Positions 1 through 12,426 of a stretch of DNA of 64,000 bases are shown in pieces. Source of the stretch: Eledone cirrhosa (Eukaryota). The notes beneath the pieces are model-generated. The model was not told where the DNA came from. It did not search any database and worked only from the letters and a program-made list of their open reading frames with translations. Location: positions 78,492,001-78,556,000 of the forward strand of contig OZ024740.1 in the NCBI GenBank assembly GCA_964016885.1, in the 5' to 3' direction. Numbering within the stretch: the stretch's first letter is position 1; the number at the start of each line of letters is the position of its first letter. A program made the translations under genes and the position numbers.

Positions 1-190
1 CTAAATCGCCTAATGCGGTCCCTAGGGCATTGAAAATTTGACATTTTCTTTGCTCAGAACACTCTCTGAAACATAAGTATTACATGTGTAAAGTTTGAAA
101 ACAGTCGGTTGTGTGGTTCTCGAGTTTTGGGGATTCAAACTCACACACACACACACACACACAGACATCCTCAGTTTTATATATATAGAT
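1..190 (+). mobile_element. 3' end of a Helentron-associated (HINE/DINE-1-like) non-autonomous repeat
   Basis: aagtttgaaaacagtcggttgtgtggttctcgagtt, then a (CA)n/cagac tract and atcctcagttttatatatataga; this is the typical HINE 3' layout. Recognised by pattern only. Confidence 0.45.
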
Positions 191-990
191 AGCCTCGTTT
201 AAATGATTTTTTGTGTGGTTGATTTATGCTGATTTGGAGAAGAAATACTGTATATATTTTTATCTAATGATTCTATCGACTTACTTTTTATATATTGCTC
301 TGATTATTAATTATTTAATTAATTCATCATTGAACCACACCGTCAATGGTTGCCAAAAACATATATATATATATCTATGGCTTTGTCTAGTTTATATGTA
401 TATACCCTTTAAATTTTATATACTCCCGTAAGGTTGAGTAAAACTTTAGGCAGTATTCGGCTGCGCTTTCTAGCAACCAGCCTACTCGCCGACAGGCACC
501 AATCATAAACTTTCTGCCTTGACTACTAGCCACGTGATGATTCTTAGCCATTTTGAATTCGTTTCTGGCGGGGATCATGTAAGAAAAATCTTTGTCCAAT
601 TGAGTTATCTCCTGATGATTTCCAACCTCTTTGCTTTATCCAAGATCGGATATATCCCAAAATGGAATGAAATCGTCGGGGGTAGAGATATTTTGATGAT
701 TTTGGTAGGTTTTATATACATTTTTTCTTCTAACTTTGATTTTGTACCTAATTATGTATGGTTAACTATATGTCTAGTCAATTTCTATAGGCTATTAGAA
801 ATACTAGGTAAATTTTCTGTAGCTATGAGTCGCGAATAAAAAGCTATATAATTTATCTATTGTTTCTTCATAAGTATATTTTAAACTTATAGCCTCGTTT
901 AAATGATTTTTTGTGTGGTTGAATTATGTTGATTGGGAGAAGAAATAGTGTATATATTGTATCTAATGATTCTATGGAATTACTTTATAT
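189..990 (+). mobile_element. Penelope-like (pLTR-type) module with ~100-bp terminal direct repeats, flanked by (TA)n
   Basis: atagcctcgtttaaatgattttttgtgtggttga... at 189 and again at 889; hammerhead motif inside. Confidence 0.55.
606..690 (+). ncRNA. Type I hammerhead ribozyme motif with long stem II insert
   Basis: tatctc CTGATGA t ttcca...tggaa t GAAA tcgtcgggg GTA gagata; stem I tatctc/gagata, stem II ttcca/tggaa; stem III degenerate. Confidence 0.65.
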
Positions 991-1190
991 ATATATATAT
1001 ATAACTACAAGGCTCCGGACTGATTCTTTGTAAATTTATTTTCAACCTAAAAACTTTTCGGACTTTCGCACTTATCTATCTCCCTTACACCTCTCGCACG
1101 CAGTCTAGTATTGCCTGTGTGAAGTCACGGGGTTTCTGCGCATGCGCGTTCGTACGGTTGTCCTTCATGTTCCTATAACCATGCCCATTG

Positions 1191-1228
1191 CGAGCTGAAG
1201 ATCCGCTAAGGTGAAACAATTGTTCTCG
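1191..1228 (+). ncRNA. Minimal type I hammerhead ribozyme motif within a (TA)n-flanked module (about 1003-1327)
   Basis: cgag CTGAAGA t cc gctaa gg t GAAAC aatt GTT ctcg; stem I cgag/ctcg, palindromic stem III acaattgt. Confidence 0.7.
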
Positions 1229-1323
1229 GTATGGTGAACTAACTGTTGTGTAACCACTTCTACCTAACTCGTCCCTTGGACTGAGTGCTCTACCACTACG
1301 GATATTACCTTCCAGTGTTCCAC

Positions 1324-1401
<78 letters not shown>

Positions 1402-1633
1402 ATTCTCTTTTCTTCCTTTTTTCCCTTTTCCCATCTATTTTCCTTCTCTCCCTCCTCCGTTTCCCAATAACTTACCCAGTTATTGAACGCTTTGGGGGTA
1501 GATATATTGTCTTTAAAGCGTTGAAATATCCGAGACCCTCAGTAGACAACTGTCGAGGACCCGCCTCCCACTCTGGCTTCTTATTCTCATTCCATTTTTA
1601 AGCCTAACTTAACTAGCAGCTACACAGCCATCC

Positions 1634-1768
<135 letters not shown>

Positions 1769-1782
1769 TAGATATATATATA

Positions 1783-1950
1783 GTCCTGGTGTGGGCTAAT
1801 GACCCAGAAACATGTTAATTGTTCCTCAAAGCCAATGTTGAACAAACAGGTGACGATCGGTCAACAGCACGGCACAGCTTCAAAATGGGCCTTTGTTTAC
1901 AAACGAATCGAACATTATTATTAATGTTCGATATAACCCATACGTACATA
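1783..1950 (+). mobile_element. Diverged Penelope-like fragment related to 26950-27120, with a decayed hammerhead
   Basis: Shares tgttgaacaaa..gtgacg, tttgtttacaaac and cattat..taa.tgttcg with 26998-27100; ctggtgt ggg ctaatga ccc a GAAAC at GTT. Confidence 0.4.
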
Positions 1951-1966
1951 TGTATATGTAAATATG

Positions 1967-2031
<65 letters not shown>

Positions 2032-2137
2032 GTGTGCGTGCGTGCGTGTGTGTACTTACAATTACATATATATATATATGTAAATGTAAGTATACACACA
2101 TATATATATAAATGTAAGTATATATATATATATTCGT

Positions 2138-2232
2138 ACCCCACCTCGGTTATGAATAACCATGTGCCTGCACCCAGAAAATGTCTATCCTGAGGCAAGG
2201 TGTTTTTGTGGAAGACCAGCAGTGGTTCATGC
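2138..2232 (-). mobile_element. 3' fragment of the SINE family at 5612-5949
   Basis: cctcggttatgaataaccat...cacccagaaa...gtggaagaccagcag matches 5620-5720. Confidence 0.55.
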
Positions 2233-2250
2233 CTATCTATCTATCTATCT

Positions 2251-3198
2251 CGAGTGCCTACAGGCGCTCACAGCCCTCTACCAAGCGGAAACAGCAATCA
2301 GCGGGGACTCCACTTTGACACTCTATACGAGATTAGTGGAGGATAAGTGCGACGACGTTCTCGGGGAAACTCTAGGCATCGAGGAGGACGAACTGACCAG
2401 TCTGTTCGGGAGGACTTTCCGTCCAGGGCCTATGGATAACTTCCAGAGGTCTCTGGCCTGGCAGTGCTACCGAGGAGCTCTACTAGTTCGAGACAAAATC
2501 TACAGGCACGGACGCCCTGGCAGAGATCCTGCAAAAAGGACCTTTCCAAGATGCGCGTAGGACATCGAAACCGTTCTGCACGCAATTGTTCAGTGCCCAG
2601 GGGTGACCGACCTGTGGAATTATGTCGAACAGCTGCTGTCACGTGTGGGACGCATCCAGTCGTCAGCCGAGTCCATCGTGAGGATCCCCCTGCCGCCTTC
2701 ATTTAAAAACGAAGGAGAGGCGGTTTTCCTCTGTCTGGTGGCTATGGCGAAAGAGGTAATATGGTGGACGAGGTTCAAAGGACTGAGGGCAAACACCTTT
2801 CTCTCCGGACAACAACTTATCCCCTTCTTTAAGTATCACTTCAGAAGGAAGGTGAGAGTGGAGAGAGAGGTGCTACACCCCAGTAATTCGCTGAAAGGTG
2901 GGTGAATGTGGTGAAAATGGCCCGAGTGAATGGGCCTTCTCTGTATATAAACCTGTAGGTTGAGGAAGATAAACAGAGGGAAGACAGGAACACCTACAAA
3001 ATGTGTTCCTGGTGTTGAGGGTTGTTCTATCCACGGGGTGTAAAACAACCCTGCAGTAACGTTCCCCCCTATTGGGATTTCAATTGTTATTTTATTATAT
3101 ATAGTTTATTGTTATTTATTAATGTTAAAGTTATTTTTATGTAAAACCTCCGTCTTGTAATGTCCCATTTTTGTACGCCCCTGTGGCAAATAAAGAAA
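2251..3198 (+). mobile_element. 5'-truncated Tx1-type LINE (ORF2 C-terminus plus 3' UTR) in (TATC)n
   Basis: Translates as ...MDNFQRSLAWQCYRGAL...ETVLHAIVQC...AMAKEVIWWTR with a stop; near-identical to 59003-59960; ends gtggcaaataaagaaa; ctatct repeats on both sides. Confidence 0.9.
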
Positions 3199-3457
3199 GC
3201 TATCTATCTATCTATTTATCTATCTATCTTTCTTTTCTCCATTCTTTCCTTATTATCATGGAGTAAAGACGATAGCTTTACCAACACAACCGTCACGTTC
3301 AGTCTAAAATGAAAAGTAAAATCTTTAAAATTCCAATTTTAATATATTTTCTTAAAAATGTAGCTATTATTGTCAATTTTCAATGCTGCTATCAGCTTTT
3401 TCAGGCAAATACATATAGCTTATCACAGTTTTACTGCTACTTCCTGTCTCCATTTAA

Positions 3458-3701
3458 CCCATATGATACCAAATCACCTAAAACCGGCTCTGTTTCTATG
3501 ATACTAAACTGTTTGTTTATTTATCTAAAAACTTTCCCTCCTAATTTTATATAAGAACATTTGTTAAATTATGCTTCAAACATCAACTAAATAACGATAA
3601 AATTAGTTATGTTACTAAATTCTTCCAAATCGTTGAATATTTTCAAAATTATTTAAAAATCATAGTCAGTGTATTTCATTAGAAATATGGTCATGAAAGG
3701 G
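3458..3701. mobile_element. piggyBac-like MITE
   Basis: TTAA|ccc...ggg|TTAA; imperfect TIRs cccatatgatacca / tggtcatgaaaggg. Confidence 0.55.
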
Positions 3702-3799
3702 TTAAAATTTTTCTTTTCTTTATCACCCCGGGTCGATATTTTGGATATATTGCTTTAAAATTTCGATAATCTTCAAATCAATTATACATAAACATATTA

Positions 3800-4225
3800 T
3801 GTCAACTATATTTTACACAAAAAAGTTATACAATCAAAGTTATACAATGAAAAGTTATACAAAATTAAATAATGAAAAGAGGAGGAAGGGGTAAAGAAGG
3901 GCAGTTCTGGCTGATGGGGGAAGTAGAGGAAAGACTTATAAATGCCATGAATAAGAGGAAAAAGGGGGAAAAAGCAAGGACTATTGGCCACGGAAGAAAG
4001 GGAAAAGAAAGAGGTGGGGGGGGGGGGTTTCGGCTGCGCCCCGCGGACAAAACTACAAAGGCATTTCTGTGGACAATGGTCAGCGACACCCGCTGCAACA
4101 GCCAACCCACCTCGCGGGTCTCCTTCCTCAGACGGGCTGCTGGCGTTCCGATTTTACGGAGGAACTCGACAGTACGGAGTCCGAGGACGCCTGAGGTCTT
4201 GACGTCGAATGTTAATTTGCTCAGA
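3800..4225 (-). mobile_element. 3' fragment of a CRE-type (RLE) non-LTR retrotransposon
   Basis: FDVKTSGVLG...KIG...REVGWLLQRVSLTIVHRNAFVVLSAGRS fits the CRE C-terminal pattern AVETxGxxG...FLxQRISxAIxRGNA. Confidence 0.7.
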
Positions 4226-4354
4226 ATTGTTGCATCCAAATGATCTGGAAGATGGTTCAAGTTGAATTTCACAAAAATGCATAAAAAAGAAAATAATTAT
4301 AAAAAAGAAAATCTAATTTTACTTTTATACTCTTCTTATTTTCTCTCCATGATA

Positions 4355-4645
4355 TCCGTCTACCGAAGAAAAGCTGACTATTCAGCTATATACACAATTT
4401 ATTGATCAATTCGAGGAAATAGTAGAAGACAATTGGCTAAAGTGCTTTGCATTAGGATCTGATCCGGAGCTACGTGGCTGCAAAGCCAATCACATTACCA
4501 TGCATGGGACTTATTTTATCGTTCCTTGAACGATGAAAGGCAAAGTCGACCACAATTGAATTTAAACTCAAACATATAAAAGAACGCCACTAAACACTGC
4601 AATGTATTGTGTCCGATCTTCTACCGACACCGCCATTCTATCGTC
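4355..4645 (-). mobile_element. Two adjacent decayed tRNA-derived SINE copies
   Basis: ttattttatcg...gatgaaaggcaaagtcgacc core at 4510-4570; the preceding part resembles the family at 27535-27693. Confidence 0.5.
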
Positions 4646-5072
4646 TTTTACACTAGAAAATGAAAACAAAATACTGAGTGGAAATGGGAGTTGAATGAGG
4701 GTCTAAAGCAACGGCATCGCTTCAAAGAAAATTTCGTAATTTAGACAAACAATGACGTGCTGGGACCTGTTGCACCTGTATATATCCAACAGAGAACTCT
4801 GGCTGTTAGCGTTGATTTCTGTTGTATGTAGAAGTGTGTGTGGAGGTGTGTGTAAAAGTGTGTCTTGAAGTGTGTGTAAAAGTGTGTATGGGGATGTATG
4901 TAGAAGCTTGAATATTCGTGTTTTTTAACCCAGATGGTAACATCTGCTCATCTATCCTACCTAAACACGCACTCTCACACATGTATGTCTCAATGTATGT
5001 GTGTGCGTGTGCATGTGTGTGTGCGTGTGTGTGCATGTACGCGTGCGTGCGAGCGTGCGTGCGTGTGTGTAT

Positions 5073-5154
<82 letters not shown>

Positions 5155-5611
5155 GTGTGCGTGCGTATGTTTGTATGTGTGTTTTAATGGGGCAGCATGA
5201 CAGTGTTTTGTCTCCTTGATAAAACACAAACAACGTTCCAAGGATTTCGTCAGTTTTCACAGATTATCTCCCAGTTTTTCTTATTGTTTTATGAACGCAG
5301 CCAAACTTCAGAATTGCTTGAGTTAGAATGCTAGAATACATTGTGGGGTTTCTTCCAGTTTTCAATGCTCTGAGTTCAAATCCCATTCGGAGTTGATTAA
5401 ATAAAGTACCAGTCGATTCTTCTCTCTTTCTTTCTTGTCATATTATGTCACGTTGATTCAACTAGAGTCCGACTGGAAATCTTTTAAGAGTAGGTATCCT
5501 TAGCCAGGGCCGATTCGAGGTTAAACAACAGCAATGCTAACAACAATATCACAAAGTTGGCTGAAATAATTTATTGGTATCTGCCAAAATGCTTAATTGT
5601 AATGATTAGAG

Positions 5612-5949
5612 TAAGGACCCCTTCGGTTACGAATGACCATAGCATTTGAACCCAGAAAGTTACCCTCCGAGGCACAAGTCCGAGCAAGGTTGTTTGTGGA
5701 AGACCAGTAGTCGCCCATGCATATCAGTCTCCCATCTCTTTGCCACCGATGATGTCTAAAGGAAAGGCAATGGCCGACACAGCTTGGCACCAGTGACGTC
5801 GCAACTCCTTTCTACAGCTGAGAAAACTGGAGCAACGTGAAATAAAGTGTCTTGACCAAGGAAACAACGCATCACCCGGCCCGAGAATCGAACTCACAGC
5901 CTCCCGATTGCAAGCCCCATGCTCTAACCACTAACTCATACGCCTTCAC
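5612..5949 (-). mobile_element. tRNA-derived SINE with conserved central domain
   Basis: Minus strand: A box tgagttagtggttagagc, B box gagttcgattctc, then gttgtttccttggtcaagacacttta core. Confidence 0.75.
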
Positions 5950-6089
5950 AATGAAATGATTTGAGTAAAAAAATAACACAAAAAAAAACAAGTATTAAAT
6001 TTTGAAATGATATTTGCTAGCTGTTGCTCATGTGATAGACATTGTGCAGAAACCTCACCCATCTTTCGGTTAAACTGACCCAATCACGC

Positions 6090-6500
6090 ACACCATTTTT
6101 ATCTCTTACTTAGAAGGAAGGACAGTAGTGGATAAGAGCGATTATATTTTAGGGCGACTCTAGTTGTCGAATAGCATCTGAATAGTGAATCTATACCAGA
6201 GGTTATAGACAACTTTCAGTAAGCTAAACGACGTATAAATATTTTTTAGAGTAATCACAGACATCACATTTGGCCAACAGAAGCAAACAACATTGTTATA
6301 GAAACAATACATTAGATCCATCATGAACTATACTAGTCCTGCCTAGACTTCTAGTCTCTCCATAACAAACCACATTAAATTATAAAGACCATAAAACACC
6401 AGATTACATATCATATCAGATTGTAGAGAGAGCCCACCCACAGATCACTTACATAACGAAACAAAAGTATTAAAAATGAAAGACCGCCTAAACATGTGAG
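6090..6500 (+). pseudogene. Degenerate I/Jockey-group LINE RT C-terminal fragment
   Basis: FGQQKQT..KQYIRSIMNYTSPA*..KL..NTRLHIISDC...TDHLHNETKVL with several stops. Confidence 0.55.
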
Positions 6501-6595
6501 GTACTCAACTGACTACAGTCACAACGACATCATGAAAACCCTATCTCTCCCACTCAGTCAAAACAAGCACACACACACGCGCGCGCGCGCGCGCG

Positions 6596-6645
<50 letters not shown>

Positions 6646-7259
6646 ATATGTATATACACACACACATATATACACACACACATGCCAACACGCACACACA
6701 CACACATATTTATACAATATATTCTATAGCTATATATATATAAAACAATGTACATGCGTATATGTGTGTGTGCTTGCATGCGTATGAGTAGCTACGTGTT
6801 TCCAATACGTACATATGCAGACATACATACACATACATACACAGAGAGAAATATCTGCAATATCGCTAACCTTACTGGCTCTAAACACTGTGTTGGGATG
6901 CACACCGCTAACTATAAGTACAGGGGAATAACAGTTGCTACGTCAGCTCAAGTGTTTCTTGCCCAGCTCCGCACCGAAATAGACTGCACTGGGGAGAGAA
7001 CACAACCTGTACAGTTTCATCACTGCATGTTGGAGTGTGTAGCATGGTCGTTAGCTAGATAGAGACATAGTATTAAACTAGGAAAATGGATCTATCTGAA
7101 CCGAACCTCGACGTTCAGTCGACTATCTGTGTTTTATAGGACTGTTTGGTTACGGCAGACTTGGAGCTACAACAACAACAACAATATCGCAAACAATACC
7201 ACTAACACCAGCCACCCAAATCAACAGCTCCATCAGAAATACAATCACCATCATATCGC

Positions 7260-8065
7260 ATAACTACAACAACAAAAACAACTGTAACAATACCACAGCC
7301 AATACTACCAATAGTTCCACCACAAACACAACCACCCCCATACCTCACAACAACCAAATCAACTAACAATACCACAGCCAATACTACCAATAGTTCCAAC
7401 ACAAACACAACCACCCCCATACCTCACAACAACCAAATCAACTGCTACAACAACAACAACAACAGCTCCACCACTAACTCAACACCACCACCATATCTCA
7501 CAACTACAATACTACAACCAATACCACCAACAGCTGCACCACCATACCTCACAACAACAAAAACAACTGCTACAACAACAACAATAACAGCTCCGCGACT
7601 AACTCAACACCACCACCATATCTCACAACTACAATACTACAACCAATACCACCAACAGCTGCACCACCATACCTCACAACAACAAAAACAACTGCTATAA
7701 CAACAACAACAACAACAGCTCCACCACTAACTCAACACCACCACCATATCTCACAACTACAATACTACAACCAATACCACCAACAGTTCCACCACCAAAC
7801 CTCACAACAACAAAGACAACTGCTATAACAACAACAACAGCTCCACCACTAACTCAACACCACCACCATATCTCACAACTACAATACTACAACCAATACC
7901 ACCAACAGTTCCACCACCAAACCTCACAACAACAAAGACAACTGCTATAACAACAACAACAGCTCCACCACTAACTCAACACCACCACCATATCTCACAA
8001 CTACAATACTACAACCAATACCACCAACAGCTGCACCACAAACACAACCACCACCACATCTCACT
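7260..8065. repeat. ACA/ACC-rich tandem repeat, unit about 122-127 bp
   Basis: ctccaccactaactcaacacc recurs, e.g. at 7841 and 7963 (122 bp apart). Confidence 0.85.
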
Positions 8066-8549
8066 ACATTATCTCTCCAAATGATTTGACATAGTGAAAA
8101 CAAGGAGGCTACAAAGTAGACATAACCTGATTGTCATTCAGTTTCATGACAGGTAACAATCTTAGTGTCTCTGCTTCCCTACTCTTGTTGTCATTTTTGG
8201 TCGTGGCTAAATAGAGACTCCTTGCTATCAAAAACGAGTGGTTGGGATTGTTGGATTTTTTTATGCGTGCATGGAGGAACTTTAGAATAGACTATAGATT
8301 TTTGTATATTTTAAAGGGGCCATGTATGTGTATGTGTGCGAGATTATATGTATTTGTTTGTGATGAACAATAGGCACTGTTGTTCTCCTCATTTTACATA
8401 AGTAGCTATAAGTTACCATATATATATAAGTTACCCATATATATATATAGTAATAGTAATAAATGTGAAGACTAAAATCCAAAGAGGGATCGATAAGGAT
8501 AAATATATATATCAAATATACAAGAGTCCTAGAGCAAATATTTATTAAA

Positions 8550-8667
8550 ATAACAGATTAAAGTTTAAGCAAAGAATCGCTGCTTTCACCCTTAACGGGA
8601 TTTTCTGAAACTTCAGAAGATCCCGTTAAGGGTGAAAGCACCGATTCTTTGCTTAAACTTTAATCTG

Positions 8668-8671
<4 letters not shown>
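8550..8671. repeat. Near-perfect palindrome abutting (TA)n; each arm carries a hammerhead-like remnant
   Basis: ataacagattaaagtttaagcaaagaatc...gattctttgcttaaactttaatctgttat; cAgaaga t ccc gttaa ggg t GAAA. Confidence 0.8.
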
Positions 8672-8735
<64 letters not shown>

Positions 8736-8738
<3 letters not shown>

Positions 8739-9256
8739 AATATAAATTCAGCGAGAATCGTATTTCGGCGGGTAGAAATAAGCGAAACGCAATTTCCGAG
8801 TTGTGTTGGCAAGCGCTCCATGGACCAAAAGAGACCAGAGCAATACACACATGTTATAAAGGCTATACAAACTGAGACGGCGGTTAAGAAGCTAGCAACC
8901 ACCTAAGCCCCCAAAAACGAGGCAAGCTAAACGGGTCAGACAAAATAAATAGTTGGAAATGAACGAACAAAACACAGGAGGCAATTGTACACAGTTATAT
9001 TAGGTTCAGACTTGGTGGAAGTGGAGGAGGTTTCAACATTTCGGAAATAAGTCGTTCTTCAGGAAAGTTCGGATAGTGGGAGAACAAGAACTCCGAGAGA
9101 GAATAAGGAGGGTTTTAAGGAGGGAAGTTACAAAGTAAAAAAATACAATATAATGATGAAAATAAAAATAAAAATAAAGGGTGTAGAGGGTATAGGTCCA
9201 GAGTGGAGGGTGGGGGATGGCATGGATGTAATAATTATCTTATGTTGTTTATTACA

Positions 9257-9260
<4 letters not shown>
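8736..9260 (-). mobile_element. Penelope-like module; 8736-8950 has a diverged inverted homolog at 11130-11342; decayed hammerhead at about 9030-9067
   Basis: aaatataaattcag...tttcggcgggtaga vs tctacccgccgaaa...ctgaatttatattt; minus strand tttc CTGAAGA ...c GAAAT GTT gaaa. Confidence 0.5.
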
Positions 9261-9331
<71 letters not shown>

Positions 9332-9336
9332 ATATA

Positions 9337-9404
<68 letters not shown>

Positions 9405-9483
9405 TGTAATAAACAACATAAGATAATTATTTCATTTACCAGTGGTTTCTTGAAAGCAACCAAAATTGCTTTCATTCATCATA

Positions 9484-9523
<40 letters not shown>

Positions 9524-9704
9524 AGTATGAATTCCTACGTGTAAAAAATACATATAGGGAAACAAGTATTATCCAACCGTATGCCAATGTGGTTCTATGG
9601 CGGGTTAATAAATTAACAAGCCAGAACATATAAAAACAAGGTCTAGCAAATAGAGAAAAAGTTTTAAAATAAATTTTAAAAAATTCTCAGTACTTACCAT
9701 ATGT

Positions 9705-9786
9705 GCCTTTACCGCGGTTTCATGCTCCAGAATAAACGGAAAATCCAAGCGGACTTCCATTGAGAAGGGAGCAATCTTCAGGAGGC
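9705..9786 (-). ncRNA. Type I hammerhead ribozyme motif with intact core and long stem II
   Basis: gcctc CTGAAGA t tgctcc...ggagca t GAAAC cgcg GTA aaggc. Confidence 0.75.
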
Positions 9787-10191
9787 TCTTCTCCCTCGGA
9801 GAATATAAAATTCCCGAGTTCAAATCACAAACTGACGCCATACGAAATGAGAGCGAAATGAGAGCGAATGATGAAAGAAATAATTATGTATGGTGCCGTG
9901 TGCAAAGACAAATGGCAGGGTGGACAGGTCAATATCCTGCCACTAGAAATAGCAGCAGTTCAAACGGCCAAAATGTTATCTCTACCTTAGGGGGAGATCA
10001 ATAATAATAAAGTATGAATTCCTACGTGTAAAAAAATACATATAGGGAAACAAGTATTATCCAACCGTATGCCAATGTGGTTCTATGGCGGGTTAATAAA
10101 TTAACAAGCCAGAACATATAAAATCAAGGTCTAGCAAATAGAGAAAAGTTTTAAAATAAATTTTAAAAAATTTGCAGTACTTACTATATGT

Positions 10192-10272
10192 GCCTTTACC
10201 GCGGTACATGCTCCAGAATAAACGGAAAATCCAAGCGGATTTCCATTGAGAAGGGAGCAATCTTCAGAAGGC
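10192..10272 (-). ncRNA. Second hammerhead copy, core damaged (GAAAC to GTAC)
   Basis: gcctt CTGAAGA t tgctcc...ggagca t GTAC cgcg GTA aaggc. Confidence 0.55.
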
Positions 10273-11340
10273 TCTTATCCCTCGGAGAATATAAAATTCC
10301 CGAGTTCAAATCACAAACTGACGCCATACAAAACCATTCCGAAATGAGAGCGAATGATGAAAGAAATAATTCTGTCTGGTGCCGTGTGCAAAGACATATA
10401 GTAAGTACTGCGTTTTTTTTAAATTTATTTAAAAACTTTTTCTCTATTTGCTAGACCTTGATTTTATATGTTCTGGCTTGTTAATTCATTAACCCGCCAT
10501 AGAACCACATTGGCATACGGTTGGATAATACTTGTTTCCCTATATGTATTTTTTACACGTAGGAATTCATACTTTATTATTATTGATCTCCCCCCTAAGG
10601 TAGAGATAAAATTTAGGCCGTTTGGACTACTGCTATTTCTAGTGGCAGGACATTGATCTGTCCACCCTGCCTTTTGTCTTTGCACACGGCACAATATATA
10701 ATCGCTGAATTTATATTTGTATTAATCTCCCGAGTCTTACAATTAACCTGTTAATAATTCTATTGACAGATTAATTGCATAAGTTTATTTTAAAACTACT
10801 CGGTTGAGTGCTTATTCGATTTGTGCTATTTATGCAATTTTTTGCATGATTTCACATCCTGAATTCATTTGCCAAAATCTGGGATTTTCCCCTTGTGACG
10901 CATGTGCTTTTACAAAGCCCTGCGTCATTCACAAAGTTGGCGCAGAGCAAAATACCTGTTGATAACGTGATATTCCTTGTTCGATCATTATACCAAAAGC
11001 TTATAGTTTTAAGCAGACAGTATTATTGATTTAGGTGTGATAGAAACCCTGCATTTGGAATTTACCATCAATTCCAATGGGTCCAGGTCGGTTATATATG
11101 TGTATATGTATATATATATGATTTTATCATTTATTTTGTTTGACCTGTTTAGCTTGACTTGTTTTTTGGTTTAGGTGGTTAATGCCTTCTTGGCCACGTT
11201 TTCAGTTTTGTATGGCGTTTTAACATATATTGTTTAGCTCTGGTTTTTTAACTATGGAGCGCTTGACAGCATAACTCTGATTTTGAGATTCGTTTCGCTT
11301 TTTCTACCCGCCGAAATGCGATTCCCCCTGAATTTATATT

Positions 11341-11430
<90 letters not shown>

Positions 11431-11492
11431 CGTAAAATAAGAAAATTTAAAAAAAAAATTTTTTTAAAAACATTAACTTACTTAAATTTTCA

Positions 11493-11572
11493 CTCCAACT
11501 AATTAGTTTCTGCAATGGGATAAAGACAGTTACGTAATGAACCGTTGAGAATTTCATTGCGTCATCAGGGAG
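11493..11572 (-). ncRNA. Type I hammerhead ribozyme motif with long stem II, in a (TA)n-flanked module (about 11425-11870)
   Basis: ctcc CTGATGA c gcaatg...cattgc a GAAAC taatta GTT ggag. Confidence 0.7.
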
Positions 11573-11868
11573 GTCATTCTCAGCCGAGTCTCCAGGCGAT
11601 GCGCGGACACTGGCGACTCATATAAAAATAATAATAATTCGGTAAATGGAACAGCTATCGAGGACTGGATTCCAGCTACTGAAAATTCTCACTGCCACTG
11701 ATCATATGGCCGATTCTAAAGAATCAATCACGTGACACAGAGGCTAGTCAGTAGGAATGGGGTGGTAAGATGACAAGCGCCTACTAACACCCCCCAAAAA
11801 AATTTTTAGAAGTGGTTTTGGCAGGTTTGCTCGACAAATCAGTGATTTGGAGATAAATATAGATAATT

Positions 11869-11981
<113 letters not shown>

Positions 11982-12156
11982 AGAGAGAGAAGGATCGAAA
12001 TAACACTCCAGACTTGTTCGTTAAAACAAACTAAACTAGTTCTCTAGAATGGGATTTAACCATGTAGCCAATTTTGTCGGCATGGCTAGATTCATGTTTA
12101 TTGGACGTAGGAATGTATATTTATTTACAACTCATCCATGTGTTTTGATTGTTCAA

Positions 12157-12209
<53 letters not shown>

Positions 12210-12239
12210 CTCTGTGGGTTGTGTGTGTGTATATATAAA

Positions 12240-12270
<31 letters not shown>

Positions 12271-12289
12271 GTATATATATATGTATATG

Positions 12290-12426
<137 letters not shown>

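Larger units (their letters stand above)
9501..10695 (-). mobile_element. Tandem 487-bp hammerhead-containing repeat plus an inverted partial third copy (Penelope pLTR / retrozyme-like)
   Basis: aataataaagtatgaattcctacgtg at about 9516 and 10004; inverted copy at about 10398-10693. Confidence 0.8.

Noticed and set aside
1478-1530. Hammerhead (aacgcttt/aaagcgtt stem then GAAA)
   Set aside because: The CUGANGA box and stems I/III are not intact; possibly a relic.
6748-7062. Possible host exon (104-aa ORF)
   Set aside because: No recognisable domain or convincing splice context; the N-terminal part is simple repeat.
10715-11095. Penelope GIY-YIG coding remnant (PCDAC)
   Set aside because: Too degenerate to confirm by eye; needs a translated profile search.
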